Virus record (IMG/VR): IMGVR_UViG_3300020045_011725
Span: 1-34,460 of that record
Strand: one strand, 5' to 3'
Source of the DNA: a virus
Taxonomy: Duplodnaviria; Caudoviricetes
DNA length: 34,460 nucleotides
The notes beneath the pieces were generated by a model, which saw only the letters and a program-made list of their open reading frames with translations, did no database searches and was not told where the DNA came from. Of the stretch, positions 17,185 to 24,683 are shown piece by piece (positions within the stretch are counted from its first letter, which is position 1; every line of letters begins with the position of its first letter). The position numbers and the translations under genes are program-made.

Positions 17185-17958
17185 TTAAAAGAGCGTCGGT
17201 GCTTTTTGATAGTTGGTTACTAAAATTTCAGTTCTTTTGTTCTTTAAGTTTGTTCTTTCTCCAATGTAGATAACATTTAGTCTCCTTTCTTTTGCTTGGT
17301 TTAAAATAAATTCGTTATCAAATTCACTCATTGCAAACATGCACTTGCTATTTTGGAGCGTATCAAATAAATCAATACTATCCTGTTCAGTAAATGAGTG
17401 GCTGTAATTGTCATTTGTTGCTATGTATGGAGGGTCTGCATAAATAAGCGTTTTTGCTTCATCATTTCGCCCATCAGTTTGAAAAGAAATATCCTTTATA
17501 AACTTTCTAAAGTCGGTATTCCCAAACTGCACGCCAAATAAATATTTTGCCGTTGCATCAAGTAAGTATTCAAAGTTTTCAGGATATTCATTTTTAGTTG
17601 CTGTAAACCTCATTTGCTGCCCAGTTCCTAAGTATGTAAAATTGCTTAAAAATATAAACCTCAAAGCCTTTTTTATAGTGTCTGTTTCTTCATTTTGTTT
17701 CCAGTAGTCAAGTAATCCTGCATGTAGAGGCATTAGTTTAAATGCTTCTTTTAACTCATTTCGGTTATTAGTAGCAACATTAAACAAGTTAAAAACATCG
17801 TTATCAATATCATTTACAATATTGTAATTTGCTTTTGGTTTGTTAAAAAACATCCCACCTGCCCCAAAAAACGGCTCAATATAAATTCTATGCTGTGGAA
17901 AATGCTTTTGTATTTCCTTTGCAATTTTCTGTTTATTTCCTAATCTCCTTAAAATCAT
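17185..17958 (-). CDS. Cassette 5 DNA adenine methyltransferase (Dam/D12 class)
   Basis: RLGNKQK, motif I YIEPFFGAG, VNDID, motif IV YADPPY, terminal TEILVTNY; ATG at 17958. Confidence 0.92.
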   Translation of the reverse strand: MILRRLGNKQKIAKEIQKHFPQHRIYIEPFFGAGGMFFNKPKANYNIVNDIDNDVFNLFNVATNNRNELKEAFKLMPLHAGLLDYWKQNEETDTIKKALRFIFLSNFTYLGTGQQMRFTATKNEYPENFEYLLDATAKYLFGVQFGNTDFRKFIKDISFQTDGRNDEAKTLIYADPPYIATNDNYSHSFTEQDSIDLFDTLQNSKCMFAMSEFDNEFILNQAKERRLNVIYIGERTNLKNKRTEILVTNYQKAPTLF

Positions 17959-17971
17959 AACAAAAGGCTGG

Positions 17972-18101
17972 TTATAACACGCGGTAAAAAACATGCCGGG
18001 TGTAGTGGTTTATTAAAATATATAGCTCTGTTCATAATTCTCTGTATCTTGATAGTGTTTCGCTCGCAATCCGGCACGATTTCTTACCGCAGCCGTTAGT
18101 G
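17972..18101 (+). repeat. attC-like site 5 (130 bp)
   Basis: TTATAAC-ac-GCGGTAAAAAACATGCCGG...CCGGCACGATTTCTTACCGC-agcc-GTTAGTG. Confidence 0.85.
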
Positions 18102-18105
18102 CCAA

Positions 18106-18534
18106 TTATGAAAGACACTTCTGCGTAGCTTTTTCGGGATTTGAAGCAAAATAAGGTTGCCCCCATTCTCTGGATTTAGAATCAATACATTGAAATCTAT
18201 TCCAAGCACGTTCTAATGGTCTAATTCCGTAATCACCAAGTAATCTACCAACCCATGAAGGATGAACAGTTTCATCATCAATTGATTGTTGAATCCATTT
18301 ATGGTCAATGTATTCTTTGCAAATAATTAATAAGCTAACTTTTGCGTTTCTTAATGTGGTTTTATCGTGTTGCAAATAACCACTACCATTTGAAAAGTCA
18401 CAAGAATCGGGGTGTTTAGGTAATGTATTCATAATTGAATTTACTCTATCAATAAGTAATTCATACTTAATACATTCTTGCTTGTCGGTAAATTCTACTC
18501 CGTCAATTGCTTTAAATTTTGTAATTGTTTCCAT
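18106..18534 (-). CDS. Cassette 6 hypothetical protein (142 aa)
   Basis: ORF fills cassette 18095-18698; N-terminal FKAIDGVEFTDKQECIKYE. Confidence 0.78.
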   Translation of the reverse strand: METITKFKAIDGVEFTDKQECIKYELLIDRVNSIMNTLPKHPDSCDFSNGSGYLQHDKTTLRNAKVSLLIICKEYIDHKWIQQSIDDETVHPSWVGRLLGDYGIRPLERAWNRFQCIDSKSREWGQPYFASNPEKATQKCLS

Positions 18535-18574
18535 TATTATAATTTTAAAAGTTGATAATCAAATAAATAACTGG

Positions 18575-18704
18575 CACTAACACCGTATATAAAAAATAGC
18601 GGTTTTAGTGGGCTTATTTAGGCTACTGCTACTAATTAATATTCTACTATTTTGATAAGATATTGCTTCTAAATCGGCTACTGCTCATACACGAACCGTT
18701 AGCA
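18575..18704 (+). repeat. attC-like site 6 (130 bp)
   Basis: CACTAAC-ac-CGTATATAAAAAATAGCGG...TCGGCTACTGCTCATACACG-aacc-GTTAGCA. Confidence 0.82.
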
Positions 18705-19019
18705 TTAATTTGCCACTACACTATTCATCCACCATTTATAAGCTCGCATTTTTAAATAGCATGTGTCGTTTCCAGTAACATATTTGCCACCCTTATCTTC
18801 AAGTTTAAAATAGTATTTTTTATCCACAAGTACATACTTGCCATTATTCATTTTTGCAATCTTCCAGTCAGTTTTTGACATATCAAAATCACAAAACTCT
18901 TTTACTTCTTTATTAGTGTAGTGGTTATTGTCAGAGTGGCATCCCACGCACAAAACTAATGCTAACAAAGTATAAATAAAATACCTTGCTTTTTCGGTTA
19001 ATTTAAAACTGTTTTTCAT
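18705..19019 (-). CDS. Cassette 7 predicted lipoprotein (104 aa)
   Basis: Basic N-terminus, hydrophobic core and lipobox-like LCVG/C; signal peptide is encoded by the attC-7 loop and left arm. Confidence 0.68.
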   Translation of the reverse strand: MKNSFKLTEKARYFIYTLLALVLCVGCHSDNNHYTNKEVKEFCDFDMSKTDWKIAKMNNGKYVLVDKKYYFKLEDKGGKYVTGNDTCYLKMRAYKWWMNSVVAN

Positions 19020-19088
19020 ATCAATTTATTTTTATAATTAAAAATTCGTGTTTCAAATCCGGTACTTTACTTATACCAACCGTTATAA
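18960..19088 (+). repeat. attC-like site 7 (129 bp)
   Basis: TGCTAAC-aaa-GTATAAATAAAATACC...GGTACTTTACTTATAC-caacc-GTTATAA. Confidence 0.85.
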
Positions 19089-19094
19089 AACAGT

Positions 19095-19496
19095 TTAAGA
19101 CAGCGTTTCAAAGTAGAATCTGCCTGAAAATGCTTTATCAGTTGTTATATCGAAAAGCCTTGCAATTTCTAACATATACGCTTTTCTTTTAATTGATTTC
19201 TCAATTTTAGGGTTCTTTGGTAGTTTTGAAATTCTAATATGAAAATCTTTCATAAAATTTCTAAACTGTTCTAAATCCATCGAGTGTTTATAGTGGTTTA
19301 CAATTCTTTGAGAAGGTAGCATATTTTGTAAATTATGATTCTCTTCAAACATTGCAGAATTATTTACCCACCAGTTTCTTCTTACTGCCTTTACGTGATC
19401 AACTTGCCAATCGGGTAGTAATTCTGTCCCCGTATAGGCACATTTGCCACCAAGCAAGGTTCTAACTATTTCCCTATTTTTCTTTGACATATACAT
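19095..19496 (-). CDS. Cassette 8 HNH endonuclease-like protein
   Basis: GGKCAYTG...WQVDHVK...NMLPSQRIVNHYKH; start 19496/19490, or 19592 inside attC-8. Confidence 0.78.
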   Translation of the reverse strand: MYMSKKNREIVRTLLGGKCAYTGTELLPDWQVDHVKAVRRNWWVNNSAMFEENHNLQNMLPSQRIVNHYKHSMDLEQFRNFMKDFHIRISKLPKNPKIEKSIKRKAYMLEIARLFDITTDKAFSGRFYFETLS

Positions 19497-19509
19497 AATA
19501 AAAACCGTT

Positions 19510-19638
19510 TTATAACACATAATATAAAATAGCTGGGTGTTATCGGACTTTTTAGCCCGCTTGCTACCTGTTAGTTTTATGGCGTTGGACATGTTAGTAG
19601 CTCCAAATCCCAGCCATTTCATATTATCAACGTTATAT
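19510..19638 (+). repeat. attC-like site 8 (129 bp)
   Basis: TTATAAC-ac-ATAATATAAAATAGCTGGG...CCCAGCCATTTCATATTAT-caac-GTTATAT. Confidence 0.87.
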
Positions 19639-19681
19639 GCCACTTTAAGAAGCAACAGCACATTGTTTAATATTCCAATGA

Positions 19682-20593
19682 TTATAATTTTAATAAATCC
19701 CCTTTTTTATTTCTATATTTTCCATCCCCAGATAAATACCATGTTTCTCCATTTTCAATTACGCTATCTGGTTTATTATTATACAATTTTTCGCGAGAAT
19801 ACAACTTCATTTCCGCATGGTCATCTAACCAACGACATTGGTTGATCCAAGTTGTTGGATTTGGTATATATTCTTTTATGGACCATTGTTCAGATTTAAT
19901 TTGGGAATTAATTGCTTTTTCTATTATTTCAAAAGTTGGTCGTATTTTATCCTTGGATTTTTGGGAACATAATTCCATCCAAGATATTAGCGCACTACCC
20001 TTTCCAGCTTTTTTTGGGTATATGTTCCAAAAGTTTTCAAATTGATTTATAGATAATTTTTTGGGTTGTATTTCTTTTGAAAAAAGTCCATCATCGATAG
20101 AGTTAGTATTTTTTTCTTTAGTATTATTTTCTTTTAGTCTTATTAGTAGTTGGTTTCCCGTAGGCGGGTTTCCCGTAGGCGGGTTTCCCGTAGGCGGGTT
20201 TCCAGTATATGGCTCAATAGGCTCTAATTTATGGGATTTTAATATTGATAAGTGTTTTTCTATGTTAAAATTGAATGGAAAATCTGTATATGCCCAAAAA
20301 GAACCTTTAAACTTTTTCGTCAATCTATCCCTGTATCTTACTCTTTTTAAATAGCCAAATGTTTCCAATTCTTTTATTCCGGCGCGAATAGCAAAATTTT
20401 GTTCCGGCATCATTGTTTTGATTGTTTCAATATAACTTTTCCACCCTTTTTGGTTAGACAACAAAATTCCCAAAATGACTTTGGCTTTGGCTGTGATATT
20501 TGGGTTTTTTAAAAATTCATTAGGGATTTGAGTGAAATTAGAATCAAGGCTGCAATTGATAGCGTCCGGGAGGTTTAAATTAGTACGTTCCAT
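19682..20593 (-). CDS. Phage replication initiator / replisome organizer (wHTH N-terminus)
   Basis: NFTQIPNEFL..AKAKVILGILLS N-domain, (GNPPT)3 linker, FENFWNIYPKK and YIPNPTTWINQCRW C-domain; ATG at 20593. Confidence 0.8.
   Translation of the reverse strand: MERTNLNLPDAINCSLDSNFTQIPNEFLKNPNITAKAKVILGILLSNQKGWKSYIETIKTMMPEQNFAIRAGIKELETFGYLKRVRYRDRLTKKFKGSFWAYTDFPFNFNIEKHLSILKSHKLEPIEPYTGNPPTGNPPTGNPPTGNQLLIRLKENNTKEKNTNSIDDGLFSKEIQPKKLSINQFENFWNIYPKKAGKGSALISWMELCSQKSKDKIRPTFEIIEKAINSQIKSEQWSIKEYIPNPTTWINQCRWLDDHAEMKLYSREKLYNNKPDSVIENGETWYLSGDGKYRNKKGDLLKL
20152..20203. repeat. Tandem 15-bp repeats GGTTTCCCGTAGGCG x3.5 (putative origin iterons)
   Basis: Perfect GC-rich copies at 20152, 20167, 20182 plus partial at 20197, next to an AT-rich tract inside the initiator gene. 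Confidence 0.75.
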
Positions 20594-20605
20594 AATTTTT
20601 AAAAT

Positions 20606-20684
20606 TAAAAAACCTGATTGATTTCGGGGTGGCGTCCCTACTCTCAATCAGGTCTGTTTAAAAATATATCGTTAAGCTCGCCAC
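20606..20684 (-). promoter_or_regulatory. Structured 5' leader of the initiator (hairpin, U-tract, loop-complementary upstream hexamer)
   Basis: 10-bp perfect stem 20612-20621/20644-20653; loop CGCCAC complementary to GTGGCG at 20679-20684 on the minus strand. Confidence 0.55.
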
Positions 20685-20707
20685 AAGCATTAGAATCGAA
20701 TTATAGG

Positions 20708-20716
20708 GTAAAAGTA
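20708..20716 (-). promoter_or_regulatory. Putative promoter -7 box TACTTTTAC
   Basis: Shared TAnnTTTAC motif directly upstream of the structured leader. Confidence 0.45.
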
Positions 20717-20744
20717 ATATTACTTTTTCGAATAAAAAAATTCA

Positions 20745-21662
20745 TTAGTATATTTTTTTAACTAATTGTTTTACAAGATAATCCGCTTCTTTTTGAGCCA
20801 TTCCACCTGGGTCTCCATGAATATCAACTCGAAAAGCATCTACGTTTCTAAATTTAAGTTCAGAAACCAGTTTGTTGGCTTGAATACGGGCTTGTACTTC
20901 ATCACCATCAAAGCAAACGGCAACTCTTTTCCATTGTTTAGCAATTACCCGTATTTGCTCTGGTTTAAATTCAATTCCACTCACGGCCACGCTCTTCGGA
21001 CCAAATCGCCAAACATCTGTTGGGCCTTCTAAAATAATTCCTGTTTCTCCCCATAATTTTTGTTTTCCGTATAAAATTGATTTGTGGGGGGTAAATTCAC
21101 GTTCTTTTGGGCAAGCCATATACTTAGCCAGGTGTTTGCCTGTTACGTCTCTGGAATCAAATGAAACCACCTTCATTTGCCAATTGAAAGGGATTATTAT
21201 CCGGTGTTTATAATCAATCGTGTCTAAAACACTAATTGGGCCAGTTCCTTTTAATCCCCATAATTGTTCTAAATAATCAGGGTCAAAATTACGGGATTCC
21301 AAGTATTTGCGGTGGTTTTTTTGTAAAATTCCTGTATTAGTAGGAAATCTAAATGATTTTACCCGAATATGTAGTAATGGTTGTTTTACTTGTCTATTAA
21401 TAGAATTTCCATAATTTTTTAAAATTTTGGTAGTTTCTGGAATAGATTGGGAAAGTAATTTAGACAGCGTGGGAATCGTTGGATGCCAACCACACGACCA
21501 ACAATTACAATGTACTGAATTTAATTCAAATCCCAAGTGTGGCCCAGGACTATTCGCAACGCAGTATGGACAATCCACATTAACCCAACCGGGGCGACAA
21601 TATTTATACCCCTCGGTGGCGTAATTTACTCCAAAATCTTGAAAAAGTTGAATCAAGTCCAT
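20745..21662 (-). CDS. DNA primase (Zn finger + TOPRIM)
   Basis: CPYC...CWSC Zn finger, RIIIPF, TOPRIM ILEGPTD and CFDGDE. Confidence 0.88.
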   Translation of the reverse strand: MDLIQLFQDFGVNYATEGYKYCRPGWVNVDCPYCVANSPGPHLGFELNSVHCNCWSCGWHPTIPTLSKLLSQSIPETTKILKNYGNSINRQVKQPLLHIRVKSFRFPTNTGILQKNHRKYLESRNFDPDYLEQLWGLKGTGPISVLDTIDYKHRIIIPFNWQMKVVSFDSRDVTGKHLAKYMACPKEREFTPHKSILYGKQKLWGETGIILEGPTDVWRFGPKSVAVSGIEFKPEQIRVIAKQWKRVAVCFDGDEVQARIQANKLVSELKFRNVDAFRVDIHGDPGGMAQKEADYLVKQLVKKIY

Positions 21663-22021
21663 TATTTCGTAGCATAATAGGAGTGTTTAATCAAATCAAC
21701 AATATTCAAGTTTTTCTTAAATATTTGTTTTTCTTTTAATACTTTAATTTTTTCACGATTTACGACAATTAAACGTTCCTTTCCATACGGTAATACATAA
21801 TGCCTTTTATTACCAAATAGTTTGTTTTTTGAAGTCAAATAGGCTCGTTTATCAGCGTATTTACAGGCAAATTTGTAATGCCACCAACCGGAGAAAATAC
21901 GAGGGCCATTTTTAAATTGTATATAAACAGCCCATACATTGATAATCCACCATTTTAGGTATGTAAAAAATTCAGATAAAAATAATATCAAATTAAATAA
22001 TAGTATACCTACTTTTTTCAT
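21662..22021 (-). CDS. Hypothetical protein with N-terminal hydrophobic segment
   Basis: Likely ATG at 22021 (MKKVGILL); stop abuts the primase start. Confidence 0.6.
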   Translation of the reverse strand: MKKVGILLFNLILFLSEFFTYLKWWIINVWAVYIQFKNGPRIFSGWWHYKFACKYADKRAYLTSKNKLFGNKRHYVLPYGKERLIVVNREKIKVLKEKQIFKKNLNIVDLIKHSYYATK

Positions 22022-22038
22022 AATTGTAATTTTTAATT

Positions 22039-22488
22039 TTATGATAATGCTAATTTTAATTCGTGAATGCCTTTCCAAATACGAGGCATATCCCAATTTT
22101 GTCTGAGTAGTAATTGGCAAATTCGGTTGGTTGCTTTTTTTGGTTTTTTAAGGTAAGGATTAGGTGCAGAAAGTATTAATTTTGATATTTGAATTGCGTC
22201 ATTTGTACAAGATTCATAAAAGTATTCGACAAACGATTCTTTTTCAATTTTTAAATCATGTATAGAAATTAACACAGGTTGCTTAGTATAGTTCTTTTTT
22301 ATGTAATTTTTCAAATGATTGGGAATGTAAAAGTACATAAATGTAGTTATTTTACCTTTTTCTGACTTGTAGTACTTCAGCCCCTCATAGTATGCCAAAC
22401 AGGATTCCGAAAACAAATCTTCAAATTCAATTCCGGTACTCTTATGAAAAGACCAAGCAATCTTGCGTATTAGGTTTAGGTTTTCCAT
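22039..22488 (-). CDS. Sigma-70 region 2-like transcription factor
   Basis: NLNLIRKIAWSF..EFEDLFSE..YYKSEKGKITTFMYFYI matches the region 2 pattern. Confidence 0.75.
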   Translation of the reverse strand: MENLNLIRKIAWSFHKSTGIEFEDLFSESCLAYYEGLKYYKSEKGKITTFMYFYIPNHLKNYIKKNYTKQPVLISIHDLKIEKESFVEYFYESCTNDAIQISKLILSAPNPYLKKPKKATNRICQLLLRQNWDMPRIWKGIHELKLALS

Positions 22489-22520
22489 TTTTTATAAATT
22501 TATTTCGAGTTGTTTTTTAT

Positions 22521-22883
22521 TTAAAAAAAAAATAAATTTTGAATTTCGTGAATGTATTTTAATTCTTGGTAATTGTGTGCTACGAGGATAGAATTGTAAT
22601 CGTACCCAAAATAATATTTATTTTCAGATAGATTAATATAAAATTCATCTTTCCCCTCAAAATCAAAAGCAAAACAAGTATTATTGGGTCGTTGTTTCCA
22701 GTTGGGGCATTGTATTATCTTTATTTTTTCCAATAATTCACTCGTGATAGGAATTGGTGAATATAGTTCTAAAGGAAGTTCGTTGATTTTATCAATAAAT
22801 ATCCCATTGGTTATTGAACGCACTTTTTCAAATGAATTATTAAACATTAACCAATTTCCAATTCTTAGTTCATCTATTATCAT
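22521..22883 (-). CDS. Phage hypothetical protein
   Basis: ELRIGNW..PIPITSELL..KYIHEIQNLFF pattern; packed in the operon. Confidence 0.7.
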   Translation of the reverse strand: MIIDELRIGNWLMFNNSFEKVRSITNGIFIDKINELPLELYSPIPITSELLEKIKIIQCPNWKQRPNNTCFAFDFEGKDEFYINLSENKYYFGYDYNSILVAHNYQELKYIHEIQNLFFF

Positions 22884-22884
22884 A

Positions 22885-23088
22885 TCAATATGTTATTTTA
22901 GTATTAATTAATTCCGGTGATTTAACCACATAATCTTTATACGGTTTTGATAACCAATAATAATCATTAATTTTAACCACATAAAAATTATTAAGTTTTA
23001 TAAAATCAATGATATTTTCAGTATTTTCATGGACTTTTGTGAATCCATGTTCTATTAAACACTGTTCTTCAGATTGTGGGACTTTCAT
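22885..23088 (-). CDS. Hypothetical protein (67 aa)
   Basis: Tightly packed in the operon. Confidence 0.6.
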   Translation of the reverse strand: MKVPQSEEQCLIEHGFTKVHENTENIIDFIKLNNFYVVKINDYYWLSKPYKDYVVKSPELINTKITY

Positions 23089-23091
23089 AAT

Positions 23092-24681
23092 TTAATTTTT
23101 GTAAAATTTAAAAATTTCAAGTAATAACGATTTTGAATCGGTATTTATGCCATCTAATACTTTATCAGATATTATTCTTTTTTTATCTTGTATGGCAAAG
23201 ATTTTTTCTTCGATTGTGTTTATTGCTAAAAAATAACGATTATTTACAGCATTTTTTTGACCTATTCTATGAACCCGGTCATCCGCCTGGTCATGAACAG
23301 ATGGGGTATATCTGTATTCTGTCGTGATTGTGTCTGATGCCGCTGTCAACGTTATACCCACTCCGGCTGGCTTTCCTTGGTTATCCAACATGCCTATAAA
23401 TATTTTTTTTGAAGGGTTTGTTTGAAATTCTTGTATTATTTTTTCACGTTTTTCTAAATTAACAGAACCATCGTAAACAAGGGATTCAGGAAAGGCTGAT
23501 ATGATAGAGGTAATCATAAAACGATGAGTAACAAATATGACTAATTTTTTATCACTTACCAAAAAATCAGATACCCATTCTATTATGCTTTTTAATTTAC
23601 CCTTTGAAGATAACTGTTGTAGTTTTTCTATAAAAGAAAATATTTCAGTATTGTCTTTTTTGTGTGTTTTTAAATATTTTATGAATTTTTGTTCTTCTGC
23701 ATCATATGCGCTTCTATTATCAATTTGTATAGGTATTATTGTTTTTTGTTTATCGGGTAATTCAGGCAATACATCTTTTTTTAATCTTCTTATCAATATA
23801 GTTTTCTTTAGTATATTATGCAATTCTGAAAGATTTGTAGCCCCTTTATAATCTACAAAAGAACCGCCGCAATATAAATTACCAAAAGTGACAAACGGGG
23901 GACAGTTTTCCGGGTCTATTATTTTCCAAGCATTGTATATATCTAATGGGCGATTTTCTAAAGCGGTTCCACTTAGTGCTATTATTTTAGGTATGTTTTT
24001 TGCTATTTTTTTAACCAATTTGGTTCTAATAGCCTCGTTATTTTTAAAATAATGACATTCATCTGCGATTAAAATTTTAAAATTATATTTTATTAATTTT
24101 TTATACCAAAAAGATAATATATCATAATTTATTATGATAATCTTTCCTATAAGTTCCGTGTCTTGATTTGTGCTATTGATTACCTGTACTTTAGAAACAG
24201 GTAACCATTTTCTAACTTCATTTTTCCAATTGTATTTTAATGAAGCTGGGGTTATAATAAGTGTAGGCCGACACTCTTTATGCAATTGTAACCAAGCTAA
24301 GGCCTGAACAGTTTTACCCAATCCCATTTCATCAGCTAATAATACCCGACCGTTTTTTGATTCAATCATCGAAACGCCTATTTCTTGGAATGGCATCAGC
24401 GTTCCTTTTAATCCTGGAATTGGAATAGGTTTAAAAATAGATGGTTTTGGAGCATTATTACCTGCATACCAATCTTCTAAAGATTTATCTAAAATATACC
24501 CCCAAGATAAAAGTGTTTTAACGTTTTCCGCTAATAAAGGAACAGACCAACAAAACTGCTGTTTATGGTATTGCCTTTGCGGGATAGTTCGTACCCGGTT
24601 TACTTCAGCGTAATCAAATGGAAATTTAATTTTAATCACACCAAACCCTTCTTTATTTTTGGTAATGGAAGCGTATTTCAT
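23092..24681 (-). CDS. SNF2-family (SMARCAL1-like) ATPase/helicase
   Basis: LLADEMGLGKT, DECH, LSGT, GVGITLT, QADDRVHRIGQ. Confidence 0.92.
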   Translation of the reverse strand: MKYASITKNKEGFGVIKIKFPFDYAEVNRVRTIPQRQYHKQQFCWSVPLLAENVKTLLSWGYILDKSLEDWYAGNNAPKPSIFKPIPIPGLKGTLMPFQEIGVSMIESKNGRVLLADEMGLGKTVQALAWLQLHKECRPTLIITPASLKYNWKNEVRKWLPVSKVQVINSTNQDTELIGKIIIINYDILSFWYKKLIKYNFKILIADECHYFKNNEAIRTKLVKKIAKNIPKIIALSGTALENRPLDIYNAWKIIDPENCPPFVTFGNLYCGGSFVDYKGATNLSELHNILKKTILIRRLKKDVLPELPDKQKTIIPIQIDNRSAYDAEEQKFIKYLKTHKKDNTEIFSFIEKLQQLSSKGKLKSIIEWVSDFLVSDKKLVIFVTHRFMITSIISAFPESLVYDGSVNLEKREKIIQEFQTNPSKKIFIGMLDNQGKPAGVGITLTAASDTITTEYRYTPSVHDQADDRVHRIGQKNAVNNRYFLAINTIEEKIFAIQDKKRIISDKVLDGINTDSKSLLLEIFKFYKN

Positions 24682-24683
24682 TT

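Larger units (their letters stand above)
15087..19638 (+). mobile_element. Integron-like array of eight gene cassettes
   Basis: Core GTT sites at 15087, 15484, 16182, 16592, 17172, 18095, 18698, 19082, 19632; each unit has one ORF, self-complementary ends and an attC-like hairpin. Confidence 0.88.

Noticed and set aside
17185-19496. Type II restriction-modification pair (MTase plus HNH)
   Set aside because: The MTase and HNH genes are on separate, independently bounded cassettes and are not adjacent.
15437-19638. CRISPR array or simple REP/terminator repeats as explanation for the spaced palindromes
   Set aside because: Repeats are 54-130 bp, divergent, separated by whole genes, lack U-tracts, and show cassette-specific end complementarity; no cas genes are present.
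15087-19638. Shufflon/invertible segments, given inverted ends on each unit
   Set aside because: All eight ORFs and all hairpin asymmetries have the same orientation; active inversion should give mixed orientations.
267-23851. Many short plus-strand ORFs (e.g. 267-545, 11879-12481, 16512-16757, 19537-19845, 20061-20354)
   Set aside because: Antisense shadows of well-supported minus-strand genes or of attC-like sites.
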